DNA of 57,337 nt, counting the filler, from Platydemus manokwari (taxonomy: Eukaryota): the NCBI GenBank assembly GCA_037951405.1. It is 6 parts of 6 records of this genome, joined end to end, with 100 filler letters (N's around TTAATTAATTAA, not from the genome) between each part and the next. Parts side by side here need not be neighbours in the genome. Positions count along the whole stretch, not along the records: positions 37,735 to 48,415 come from JBBMOY011113665.1; positions 48,516 to 57,337 come from JBBMOY011344204.1; 4 more parts are not named here. The stretch is one strand, 5' to 3'. Shown in pieces: positions 39,164-51,199 of the stretch (positions are counted from its first letter, which is position 1; every line of letters starts with the position of its first letter). Below the pieces are notes generated by a model. The model was not told the origin of the DNA, ran no database searches, and worked only from the letters and a program-made list of their open reading frames with translations. A program made the position numbers and the translations under genes.

Positions 39164-40681
39164 TTATCTAAATAGCTCAAAGAATTTTTTAACGATTACT
39201 TTAATGTTTCCCAAAGTAATATAATCTAGATTTACATTCTCGTTGCATTCATTGTCTAAATAACTTAAACGATTATGAAATTCGTTTAGAATTTCATTTT
39301 CCAATGTGAATTTTTTTTTATAAATATTAATAAACATATACACCAAAGATGCTAAAGAGTGGACTAGTTCTGCTAATCTTGAAATTCCGTTATACCATTT
39401 CAGCCAATTTTCAATTGATTTTTTTTCTTGAAAAATTTGATTTTCTATAATAAATTTGGTTTGTGCCACATTTTTTTGCAAGTTTGTTTGATTGACAATC
39501 AAGTCAAAATGAATTAAATCTTGTTGACTTTTTAAATATTCCAACAGGTTATTTTCATAGAAATTTTTGATGATAACCTCAGCGATATCATAAATATTTA
39601 ACAATGAAAAATACACATCTTTTATTACTTTCCTTATTGATATCAGAGGACATTTAATAATAGAAAGGCAATCATTATTATTTGTTTTCCAAATCATTTC
39701 ACATTTCTCCGAACAACGAAATAAACAACTCTGATCAGTGATAAGATAATTATTTACACATGTCACACATATACCGAGTTTGCAACTCTCGCATTGTCGA
39801 CTGCTTACAGTTTCAAAAGAAACCGAACAAATTAAACAATTTAATGTCGAGAATGATAGAGTGTTTTCATAGACATGTTTTTGAAGATATTTGGCAGCAT
39901 GAAGAATAAGAACAGTTGATAAATTAAGTTTTTCATTGATGGTATCATTAAGAGCTTTATGAATGCAAATTACTCTTCTCACACTGGATTCTATGACAGA
40001 TCTGGTTTTACAATTAATGAATACACCAGTAATGAACGAAATTATTATATTTCTCATGTTTTTGATGTTATTCATTTCTTTCAAACATTCAAGTGAAATC
40101 ATAAGAAGACTTTCTTTGTAATTCAACAAAAATAATTCGTCGTTTCCTATCAAGGGTTCATTTTTATTAATCTGGCTTAAAAATTTATTTCTCAGGTTTA
40201 TTGTTTCAATTTCAAAATTCTCAGAAATTGTGCAATGGCTTTTTTTTGTTACTTGTTTGAAAAAACCCAAATATTTTTTCATTGCTTTCATATTAGTTAC
40301 AGTGGAATTATTATCATTATCTGAAATCAATTCATTTAACATATTTTTCAGCAAAGAAGGCAAGACTTCATTAAGTGTAAAAATACTTTGCCTTTCCGCA
40401 ATTAACTGTAAATAGGTCTTAGTCAAGACTTTATTTGCATTTTCATTTATAGTTTCGACAATGAATTCTGTGAGATTTTTTGAATATATTAAGTCTTCTG
40501 TTTTACAATTGATTGTCACTGATTGAATAGTAGATCGATCAAAGGGACAAGTAGGATTTTGTAGAATCCATGATTTTGCACAAGGGCTACATAGAGAATG
40601 AAGACATTGCTCAAGTTTAACAATAGGTAAATTTTCTATTAGATTGAGACAAATAAAACATTCGAAATTATCAGCGTCCAT
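39164..40681 (-). CDS. Intronless 505-aa protein with an N-terminal C3HC4 RING and a second degenerate RING-like Cys cluster; putative E3 ubiquitin ligase
   Basis: CFIC..CLHSLCSPC..W..TCPFDR (aa 8-49); CLIC..CESCKLGICVTC..Y..SCLFRC (aa ~282-325). It is the longest complete ORF in the window. Confidence 0.85.
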   Translation of the reverse strand: MDADNFECFICLNLIENLPIVKLEQCLHSLCSPCAKSWILQNPTCPFDRSTIQSVTINCKTEDLIYSKNLTEFIVETINENANKVLTKTYLQLIAERQSIFTLNEVLPSLLKNMLNELISDNDNNSTVTNMKAMKKYLGFFKQVTKKSHCTISENFEIETINLRNKFLSQINKNEPLIGNDELFLLNYKESLLMISLECLKEMNNIKNMRNIIISFITGVFINCKTRSVIESSVRRVICIHKALNDTINEKLNLSTVLILHAAKYLQKHVYENTLSFSTLNCLICSVSFETVSSRQCESCKLGICVTCVNNYLITDQSCLFRCSEKCEMIWKTNNNDCLSIIKCPLISIRKVIKDVYFSLLNIYDIAEVIIKNFYENNLLEYLKSQQDLIHFDLIVNQTNLQKNVAQTKFIIENQIFQEKKSIENWLKWYNGISRLAELVHSLASLVYMFINIYKKKFTLENEILNEFHNRLSYLDNECNENVNLDYITLGNIKVIVKKFFELFR

Positions 40682-41319
40682 TGTTACAATAATAATTTGT
40701 ATTAATTTATAAAATTAATCAACAATGAATATTACTAAATAAATTAAAAGCATTTATTTGAAAATCGATTGGATAAAAATGTATTTAAATAAAAATTTTG
40801 AAATTTTTTACAATATTTATTCAGTTTAATATTTATTTCATATATTTGTTACATATATTTTTTAAACATAAAATTATTCAATTAATAAATGCAAAACACA
40901 TTTGTAAAATCAATATTTAAAAAAACTAATTTTTTAACCTAAAATTTATCACGCCATGCCGACACTAGTTAAACGTCATTAGAACGGTCTGAAACATAGT
41001 GGTAACAACGCTGGCATCAAACAAAATTGCATTAAGATAAAAAAATACTTTGGATAGAATATATTATCAATTCAAACTTTTGCTTTTCAAATATTGTTTG
41101 AACGAGGAATTTTTTATTCAATTTTAAAAATAAAATAATATATTAAATTTATGCGAAATGCATTTTTAAAAACAATTTTTAAAATTTAATTATAATTTTT
41201 AATCTACATTTATCTCGTTATTTCAACACTACGCATGTAGTTCAGCTCATCCTTTTTCACGAAAAATTCACTACTTTAATCATGAAATAAAAACAAAAAG
41301 CTTTGAATTAATTAACCAA

Positions 41320-41690
41320 AAATTCATTATCAAACCTTTTATTGTCATGACAGATGCAAGTTAGTTTGCTATCGGTGCAGTATTGTAATACCAAGTCCAT
41401 GGTTAAAAGAAAAACGTTATAATCTATGTAAGTAGAGCCTTTAAAAGACATGAAAAAGTATTAGACTATAGGAAAAGAGTTACTAAGAATCATTTTTGCA
41501 ATAACATATTTTCAACAAAATTTTTAAGGATACAGTTCATAATTCCCGAGAATGGCTTATGATGAATCATATAAATATTGCTCGCAAATTAAATGGTTTG
41601 CTCAACGTGCTCCAACATTATTATATTAACCTTAGAAACAGATCTGGAAACTCAATCGCCAATGTCAAAGCATTGTAAATCTTAAAAAAC
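41320..41690 (+). mobile_element. Ty3/Gypsy LTR retrotransposon RNase H relic
   Basis: KPFIVMTDAS*FAIGAVL..IIYVSRAFKRHEK..KELLRIIFAITYF..FLG with stops and frameshifts. Confidence 0.85.
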
Positions 41691-42249
41691 ATGTATCAGA
41701 ACAAATATTGGCAATGATAATATTCTTGTATTTTGCGATTATTTGACAAAATAACTAGATAGATACTATTGCATATGCCCTTGTAGAAAATATAGAATTT
41801 TTCCAATGGAAACTAAAAAACTATTAAATGAATACGGCACCAATTATCTTAATGAAAGATTTAAAATTATAACCGATCTGTAAAAAAATTATAAAATTAT
41901 ACTTATAAATTTGAATTGTTAAGAACGTGGAATATTAGATAATATAAAATTAGTTATCAATATTATAAAAAGTAAAAAAACAAAATAAAAAACAAAATTA
42001 TAAAAGATTGACAAAAAATAGAAAAGATTTATTTACGGTGCAGTATCAAGCTCGATAAGGAAAATATAAAATAAAACAAGAAAATTTAAAGAAGAATAGA
42101 ATGGACAGATAATAACAGAAATTGTATTAGTTAATTTATTAGTTAAAATTAAATCACGCCTGAGAAAAAATAACAATTTAGGATTGGTGTTGATTATTTG
42201 AAAAATGAAATTAGTGCTGCTGGATTTTACCGCGTAAGGAAATTTAATA

Positions 42250-43150
42250 TCCACTTGTTTGTCTCATCTCGAGTTTGATTCTTGTCACTGACATCTGTGT
42301 GGGCATTGATCTTCCGCTCGTAGATTATCTCAAAAGGCGAGAGTTTCCTTGTTGATTGATATGGTGCGTAGGTGCAGAATTCTATTGTTGGTAACAATTA
42401 GGCCCAGTTTTTCTCTTGTCTGTTATCCTTTTAATTATCTGTTATCATATCTCGTACCGTCCTGATGACTCTTTCCGCTACCCCGTTTGATTGATGTTGG
42501 TATGGCGAGCTAAATTCATGTTTGATACCCAATTTTGAACATGCCTCTCTCATAAATTTGCCTACAAATTGTTTCTCGTTATCAGATATACTGCTCTTTA
42601 GCTTTCCAAAGCGATAAATCCACGAGTTCAAAATGACCTGGAAAATTGTCTTTTCGTCTTGCTTAGATGTAGCAGTGAGACTCACTAGCTTGCTTAATCT
42701 GTCGATAATGACTACTAGGTATTTCTTGTTACTATTCATCGTATTCATTTGGACAATGTCTATAAAGATTTGCTCTTGAAACTCAGAGAATAACCGAGGA
42801 AACAAAATCTTCTTAGTTCTTGATTGACACATATAATACATTCTTTCAGTTTCTCTTTGATCGTGTTAAACATGTCTGGCCAATAAAAAATGTCGTTCAA
42901 ATATGCTCAGGTTTTTTTATTCTAATTTGCTGAGCTCCTCGTGAATTGACTTGAAAAATTGAGCGGCATAAGCTTTCGGTATTATAGCAGCTAAGCCTTT
43001 CTCTTTCTCCAGCATCAGCGTATCTTCTATTTAGTTTATCTTTTATTCTAGAAAATGAATGTTCATTCCAGAATTCGACTCTAGTTAGTGTTGTTTCACC
43101 GTTTAGAAATCTCAATGTCTCCACTATTTTTGCATCGTTTTGATGTGCTT
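42250..43150 (-). mobile_element. Ty3/Gypsy integrase relic
   Basis: IFIDIV..KYLVVIIDRLSK..WIYRFG..ISDN..QF..SSPYQHQSNGVAERVIRT, then WA*LLPTIEF..QSTRKLSPFEIIY in a shifted frame. Confidence 0.9.
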
Positions 43151-44149
43151 CTTTTACTGTACAGGAATATGTTACTGCCTATATGTAAATAATAGGTTTA
43201 TGAATAATTTTAGTATAAAGGAATAATCAATGGCTATTTCTGTATCAGGTAATTATGAAATAACTAAATTATATTATTTTGATTATTAATTATGTAAATT
43301 TAATAAAGAATAAAGATTATAATTATCATTTTAAACAATCACTGTTGTAATTTATAAATATAATTTTATTAAATTTATTCTTATAAGTATTATATTATTA
43401 TTAACATCACCTACAAAACATTGATATTGTTTACATAATAAATTATCAATATAGGTCAAATTAAGAAAGATATAATAAATACTTACTATATTTTCACATC
43501 AAATTCTTCATGACGATCATTCCTAATTCTGCATTGTTTAATGAATAAAATATATGTTATGTATTACTTCAAAATTTTAACCTATTTTCATAAAACTGAT
43601 CCATCTATACTCAACAAAATTTTTGATACTCCTTTGAAAGCCTAAAAATTTTGATCAACAAATACAAGTCACTCAAATGAAACAAGTATATCAAACTAAG
43701 CTTTAATAAAAAACTTTAAGAATATTATTTATTTTATAATGACCATGACATAATCGGTAGAAATTTAATTTTGTAGTATCATTAGAAAGTTATTGATTAC
43801 ATATCAATGTCAAGCAACTAATGCAACAATAACCAAAAGATATCAAATCACGGATACTGATTTGACTTATTTTTGATTCTGAAATGGTTAATAATTAAAA
43901 ATATTTAAATTTCACATTTCGTTTATAATTTGCTAATATTATCACTATAAGAACTTAGATAAGACTTAATGCGTTTCTAATTAATTTTACAAATAGCAAT
44001 TTGATGATAAATACTGCGATTTATATATTTTAAACTTTTTCTTATAATTTATTGGAAAACTGAATACAATCTACTGAATTGAAGTTTAAAAGGGGAAAAT
44101 ATAAAAATATATTTTTAAAATAGTTTAAAAAAGGATTTAGTTTATGCGA

Positions 44150-46680
44150 GTGGAAAGTCTTTAAATCATTCTGAATTATATTATATTGGGATATGTTTTC
44201 AATTTATAAAGCTTAGTATAAAAATCTGGATCTTTGAAGTAAATAAATTATTTCTCTGTTAATATTATTTCTTGCGATATAACTAGAGTTTTTCATTTAG
44301 TTTATACTTTAGTTGTCACATTTAATAAAAATCAAAAGTGAAGGATATATATAATGTGTTGGATCAAGATTTCACTCTTCGATATACTTATCAATAAATT
44401 TTTCAGCCAGGATTGAGTAGTTCGTTAAAGTTTATAACATTTAACATTTATTTCGAACAATTTCTATTTATTAATTCTCTTTATAATAATATGGGGTTAA
44501 AAATTTTTTTGAAGAAAATGAAGCTTCATTATATGTTTCCAAGCAAATAATATGTCATTATGAGCATATATCCCCTCTTTTGTAATATTATGGGTGCCTG
44601 CAACATCCAACTCCTTTGAGCTTATAGAAACTTCTCTATTGATTCTGTAAAATTTCTTCCTTTAATTATGATATTTTAATGTGCTTATTTCTTCAAAGAA
44701 ATCGCTGTGACTTTTTAAACAATAGATTTTGGTGAAATAACAAATGTGTAATGAACAAAGCAAGTGAGAAGTGGGAGGTATAATACTTTTCTATGTTAAT
44801 AGATGAAACAGATAAGAAAAATCTGTCAAAATACGAACATTTGAGAAACGATATAAATTTATGAGTTCGGACTTGCGAGTTCGGGACCATAGCCTCGGAC
44901 TTTTGATTTTCGAGGTTGTGGTTTCGGACTCGTTGGTTTGGACTTGTACTTTTGAGGTCATATATTTGTAGTTGGGTTGGAATCTGTGGATCTTTATTAA
45001 CATGTGTTTTGAAAGTTTTGAGTTCGGACTTGTGAGTTTGAGACTGTAACCTCGGAATTGTTTTATATCTTTTCCGGGTAATGATCTCAGACTTGTGTTT
45101 TGTAGATGGGACTTTGTAGATATGAAGACTGCCAAAATATAATCAATTTCGAAACAACAAGAACTACAAGTCAACAAGAAACCTTATTAGCTACCTTATT
45201 AGGACTCTGAATATAAGTCAATTTTTCTTTATCACATTAAATGCAAGATGTTGCATTTTTAAAATTTATTAAAATTTCTGTTAATTAATTAATCTGTTAA
45301 TTTTACATCTACATTTGTTTTTTTAATTACTCTTGTTAATTTTTTATTTAGATCTACAATATAAGTGATAAAATCATATTCAGCTTGATCACTATAAAAT
45401 TAAAAATATTTAGACTTTACTAATTATGGATAATTTGATTTTAAATATATGCCAATTAAAAGTAGTTTTTGATTATTATTATATATGCTTCATAAAGTAC
45501 ATATCTGCATAAAGTACAAATGGAACTTTATTCCAATAATAATAATTTTTAAACTAACAATAATCTACTTTTGAAAATAGTGCTTTTGTTTCTTTAAAAT
45601 CTTGACATAATATTTTATGTTCATTTAATGAATTTAATGATCTTTAAGAATTTAAACATTTTAAGCATATCAAATTCGAATGATTATTATTATCTTTATT
45701 TGAAAATATGTTCATATTTCGACAAAGAACATAATGATTTTCAAATAATAATAAATTATATTGTCTATCTACTATTGATGGTTTTGGATTGAAATGTTCA
45801 AAGTAAATATGAGTTAAATCTTTATTTTCATTTACTCCAAAAACATTTATACTTAAATTATTCTTTTTATTAAATTTCTTAATGTCTTCAATAGTCATTG
45901 GAAAATTAATATCATTTAAATTTAATTCATTCATAAAAGGAGTATATTTACTTACCCTTTCTGAATGTTTATTAGCCGGATGTAAATATACTAAAACGGA
46001 ATATGTAAAACACATTTTTTCATTATTTCTTATATTTACAATATATGGAGATTTAAAAGGTATCATAGCATAAGTTTCACCGACTATTGATTGATATTTA
46101 TAAATATTTATTCTAAGAAAATTTATCTTTTATCATGTATCCAACCAGATTCACGCCCTTCATATTCTTGAATAAAACTATTAATATTCACAAGATGAGA
46201 AATAACAGAATATTCAATATTATTTACAATTATTATTTGCTCAGGTTGAGAATAAAATACTTTATTTATTTTCTTTGAGTGATCAGTTTCATAATGGAAA
46301 AATGATTCTTTTTTAGATAGAAATCAATTTTATTTCCAAGAAAATTAAAATAATTCTCTAATATACTAACTATTTCACCCCTAAAACTATAAACATCAGT
46401 TTCTGTTTCTTCTAATGTCTTAGTTAAAGATATTTGACTTTTTAAAAATGCCTGACATTCATAATCAAAGTTTGTATATAGTCTTTTAAATTTCTTTTCT
46501 AAGTTATTCATTTCATTTTATCTTGCTATTTCATCTACTATTTGATAACTAAGTAAATTAGTCATATCAGAATACACTTCGTTTTTATGCTTGGGTTTAT
46601 ATGAGATATTTGTGCTGTTTTTGTTTAAAAGTATCTATTTCATCTTTTACACAAAAATACAATTTTGGGTTCGTTCATTT
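44150..46680 (-). mobile_element. Polinton/Maverick-type protein-primed DNA polymerase B relic, fragmented
   Basis: EYEGRESGW..RINIYKYQSIVGETY, VNIRNNEKMCFTYSVLVYLHP..RVSKY..INFPM..IKKF..NNLSINVFG..LLL..HYVL..CLKCL (45644-46170). Downstream lie LLFKKSQRFL, KEGIYAH and ILAEKF..NLDPTHY (44340-44730), which resemble the polB FxDSxRF, KGxYPY and LDPAHY motifs. Confidence 0.8.
44860..45120. repeat. Array of about 8 degenerate YTCGGACTTG motifs interrupting the polB relic
   Basis: ttcggacttg, ctcggacttt, ttcggactcg, ttggacttg, ttcggacttg, ctcggaattg, ctcagacttg and tgggactttg within ~260 bp. Confidence 0.7.
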
Positions 46681-47945
46681 TTATATTTAGTTTTTTAATT
46701 AGCTTTTATTATTTATGTATTTTTTTGACTATTTTTTTAATAATAAGGTAGTGAGTAAATGGTTAGTTAAATCCATTTACATTGTTTTATAAATTGATTG
46801 ATTGCGAAATGTGCAATTTGGGGACTGGGTGGGGTATGGGGGATAGAAAAATTGAGATTTTTATTGTTAATGATTTCTTGGTTTGGGTTGCTGGATTAAA
46901 CTAGCCCTTTACTCACTACTTGAATAGTTTTAATTGAAGATAGTCAATTTTCTCAAATTATATTTAATAAAGGTATTGCTAAGAGTTTTCTGTCTCTATT
47001 TTTACCAAATGCGGAAATCCAGAAAACTAATAATCAATAATTGGAAACAATAAAGCAAATAGGTCAAAAGCAACCAGTGTTTTGTCAAATAATTAAACAA
47101 ATCAAATATTCAATGTTATTCCAACTGCACTATTTGTTTTTGAAGTTTATTATCTTTTCAAAAAATAAAAAAAAAGTTTTTCTTTTATCCTATTTGCCTT
47201 TTGTTAAAAGAATATATTTTAGATTTAATTTCATGAAACAATACCTTAAGTATTTCGATTGAAGATTAACATAATAATCGATGTGGTATTGAAAAGATTA
47301 TTATAATAACCGGAGTATTTTCATCAATCAAAATTTAAATATAGCTCTGTCAAACAAACGAACATTCAGCGGATGAACTTTAAATAATTAAAAATTTGGG
47401 ACAATCTTGCGATCAATAACATCAATAATATTTACAGAAATGATATTTATTAAAAAACTGAACTAATTCGCCAATCAATTTTTTAACAAACATAAAGTAT
47501 TTGTTTATATAATCACGTTACTCCAACAAATCTTTTTCCAAATTTTCAAAGATTTAGAGCTGCCATATTCATAATTATTTGGTAAAATTATTTCGCACCA
47601 ATCACATTTCAACAATAAATGAGTCAAATTTTCTGTTGTTGTGTTGTTTTCAACATTTAAATAAAACCTGATAATAGTCAACATGGGATAGAGCTTTGAA
47701 TAAATTTCTCTACAAAGATTAGAGACAATTTAAACTTTTCTTTGTTGTAAAGTTTAATTTTCTCTCTGATTGGTTCAAATTGAAAATCTCGGCAGTTTTT
47801 TAAAAATGAAATAAATAATATTTTGTCATTACAATTAGTCAATTCAAATGTTGATTTATAGATTTTTTTATTTGATTTCAGAGTTGTGGGCGCAAAATGC
47901 GAAGATTTTTGCAACTATAAAAAATGTTATATTTTATCTACTAAG

Positions 47946-48415
47946 TTACTCTTTTATCAAGAAAAAGACCTACATTTGGTTCAAAACATCATGCTAGTAA
48001 TATACCAAGTAGAGCTGTTGATGGTAATTATAACGGTATTCATGATAAAGGCAACCTCTTGAATTAAGCATTCAGTAATTTCTCTAATTTGAAAAGGTTC
48101 TTGCTTTCACAGCATGCCTACAAATAAAATTAAATGGTGGCTAGTGATTCTGGATGCTCTTTCAGTACTCATAAAAGTTGACATTTACATTAGATTGGAT
48201 AGAGAAAGTTTGTTATATTTGGATTGAAATAATTAAAATTAATAAAATGTAGCTGGTCAAACTAAAAAACTATCATTCTTTGGTAGTCATGACAAAATCT
48301 CTGCATTTTCTCCCAACTTGTTGAATGTTTATAATGTTAGTTATTTCAAATGTCCTGCAACTAAAGGAGTCAAGATTACTAAAATCAATTTCAAAAGATT
48401 TGTATTGAATTCTTT
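47946..48415 (+). pseudogene. 5' half of the F-type lectin + PAN gene (continues at 37812)
   Basis: LLSRKRPTFGSKHHASNIPSRAVDGNYNGIHDK|GSCFHSMPTNKIKWWLVILD..KVDIYIRLDRE|TGQ..YFKCPATKGVKITKINFKRF|. AVDGN, C.H and WW.V.L are FTP-domain motifs. Introns are short and one needs a GC donor. Confidence 0.75.
48339..48415 (+). repeat. 77-bp contig-terminal direct repeat, right copy
   Basis: Identical to 37735-37811. Confidence 0.97.
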
Positions 48416-48515
48416 NNNNNNNNNNNNNNNNNNNNNNNNNNNNNNNNNNNNNNNNNNNNTTAATTAATTAANNNNNNNNNNNNNNNNNNNNNNNNNNNNN
48501 NNNNNNNNNNNNNNN
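48416..48515. other. Artificial contig spacer
   Basis: N44-TTAATTAATTAA-N44. Confidence 0.98.
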
Positions 48516-48574
48516 TGGAGAATACTTTGATTAATGTTACTATGCAAAATGTACTTTAAATAAATAAATATTTT

Positions 48575-48976
48575 TCAAAAAAAACCGAAATTAATGGGAC
48601 TTGAAAACCCCAAATTAAGAAATTCGTCGTTATATTTTCGCTTTCTGATGCTCAATGCTTTTTTTATTGTACTTATTTCTTGATCTTCTTTTTCTTGCGA
48701 ATTTTTCCGAGAGCTGCTCGAATTATCAACCCGTAATTCCAAATCTGAAAATGGAGAATTTTTTTGCATCACTTTTCATTGGCCACTTATCCATTTTCCT
48801 GGGTATGTAATTTTTATAAATCTGCGGTTTTTCAATATTATTAAAACAACAGCAATGAAATGAAGAGTTTAATTCATACAATAAATTGCTTTCAACAAAC
48901 CCAAAAATTGTAACAACTAAATTTTATTTTAGAATTAAAAATTTTAGATGCCCCAAGATAATGTTTTGCTCCCCTG
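48575..48976 (-). mobile_element. hAT Buster-type transposon 5' end relic
   Basis: MDKW start and RKRKYNDEFLNLGFS, typical of the region preceding the Buster/ZBED5 BED finger. A CAGGGG terminus-like sequence starts at 48976. Confidence 0.6.
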
Positions 48977-50018
48977 AATTCCAATGTGACTTTGTATTAT
49001 GATAATAATCAAAAATTATTATGATGCACACAAAAACTAGAAATTTATTGGTGAGAATTTATCATTTTAAATGGTTCAGAGTTTATTTCAATGACAGCTT
49101 CATCATATTAATACGCTGGACGAATTTTATCCCGAAACTGCAGTAATGTCAGTGAATTATTTTCATATATTTTCAGTTCAAAATTATAGATAATTTATTC
49201 CATTCATTACACCAAAAATTAAACTTTTTCTCATTGAGAAACTCAATTTTCTCCACCAAATAGATTATTTTAAATATTAATAAAATATTTATCCTAAATC
49301 TTATTGTTCTATTTAATAAAAAAAACATTTCTGCAACAATGAACGTGAAAGAATCTTTAGATTTCTGACAAAAATACACACAGTGAAAGAATGAAAATAA
49401 CTTATTTGGATTCATCATTAACATGGCAAATTAAAATTATAGAATTACATAAGGTTTGTTTTATTTGTTTGCCAATCGATGCAGAAATGTTAAGCCTTAA
49501 TCATATTGCATTACTTATAAAAGATATATCTGTAACAATGCAAGTGAAAGATATTTTATATAGCTAGAAAAATTGCACGTAATTAAATTTTAGAACATTA
49601 AAATGTTTATCTTAATCCATTTTAATTATTTGAAAAATATTAAGTTCTTTCATAATCGTAGCAAAGAAATTATGTAAGGTTATTTATAAGGAGACTGGTG
49701 ACTTGTTGCAGTTATCACATTGATTTGAAAATAGAAACTGTTGGCATGACTACAGCTTTTAATTTTTAAGGTCTTGTATTGAATAAAGTCAAGTCAATGA
49801 GTATGCGCGTTTTTTATTGTACAACCGGATTGATATTTCAAAATATCATTGGTTATATTATTTGTTGTGATGGTTTTTCTTAATATTTATACCCTATATT
49901 GGTCGAGGAATCAGACTGAGATCCTCATTGTTTGATGTACATCTTTACTTTATGCCATTTCATATCGGGTGTCGTAAGTCACTTTACATTTATTTAATTC
50001 ATTAATTATTTTATTTAG

Positions 50019-50573
50019 ATCTACTTTCACGACATCGACCTGCTTTTGCAGCGAATTCTTTTCGTTGGACGGCAGACAAAGCTGTTGACGGAAATTATAA
50101 TGTAAACATGAGAAAAGGGAGCGATAAATGCATCAATTATTTTAAGAATATCTAATATTATTGTACAGGATATTGTTATCACAGTGCCATGGGAAATGTT
50201 GATAAATGGTGGTTGGTACTACTTGATCGATTGTCAATAATCAAGCAAATAAGAATTTATGGTAGAACAGAATATAGCAAATTTTCTTTTTTCTTCATCA
50301 TAGATCATAAGTTTGAAATATTTTTCTTTCTGATGAACGAACAGCATTTCTAACATTTTACGGATAATCTAACACGATTCGACAATGCATCATCGAAATT
50401 CTAAAACGCGACGTATTATGGAGGTCCTTCATCACCGCTTGAAACTGTTACGAATATCACAATAATGAGACTTGTATTGATTGAATTATTTTATCATAAA
50501 TATGTGATACATTCAGGTATCGAGGACTATTGTCGTCACGAAACCAAAACCGAAGGATGCATTAAATATATAA
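50019..50573 (+). pseudogene. Second F-type lectin family member, pseudogenised
   Basis: LLSRHRPAFAANSFRWTADKAVDGNYN..GYCYHS..DKWWLVLLDRLSIIKQIRIYGRTE..RL|gtattg..cag|VSRTIVVTKPKPKDALNI*. It has internal stops and damaged donors, and the same exon layout as the 47946/37848 copy. Confidence 0.75.
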
Positions 50574-51199
50574 AAATTAAATATATAAAAACATCTAAAT
50601 AATTATAACAATTATTTTGAATAATCAAACAATTAATATCATTAATCCAAAATATCAAAATATACATTCATGATCAATTCATAAAAATGTTAATATTAAA
50701 TTAATTCATAAAATGTCAGTTCTTAAGAACAATTTTAGTTTTTTAAATTCAAATATGAAATACACTAGCAATTCCAAATCTCCTGAAATTTGTTTATTTT
50801 AAAAAAAGATCAAAGCAGGTCAGATTGCAATTTATTGGAAATTAGCGAGTGCCTCTTTTTAAACATAAAAAGCAAATTAAGAGAATTTAGATAGTTATTT
50901 TTATATCATAGCCACAAAAAAAACATGGTAACAGTGTGAAAAACATATTTCAAAATGCAGAAATAGCACAGAACTAAATTTACAATTAGACGAACAAAAA
51001 TACTGTTCAGTTAGATCTCTTAAAAGCTCGAAAAGACAAACCAATTTGAGTCAAAAATGAAAAATATTTAAAAGCGCTTTAAATTTATAGAAATTCATAA
51101 GCCAGTATGAGGATGGCTCTCTCTAATCCAAAGGTTATTTTTACATAGTTTTATAGGTTATTAACAGACTCTGAATGCTGAAAATAATAATTTGAATCA

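Noticed and set aside
44860-45120. CRISPR-like repeat-spacer array
   Set aside because: The repeats are only ~10 bp, degenerate and irregularly spaced, in a eukaryotic context with no cas genes.
37735-48415. Autonomous circular virus or plasmid
   Set aside because: The polymerase, RNase H and integrase sequences are all fragmented and in mixed orientation, no capsid or Rep ORF was found, and host-type introns are present.
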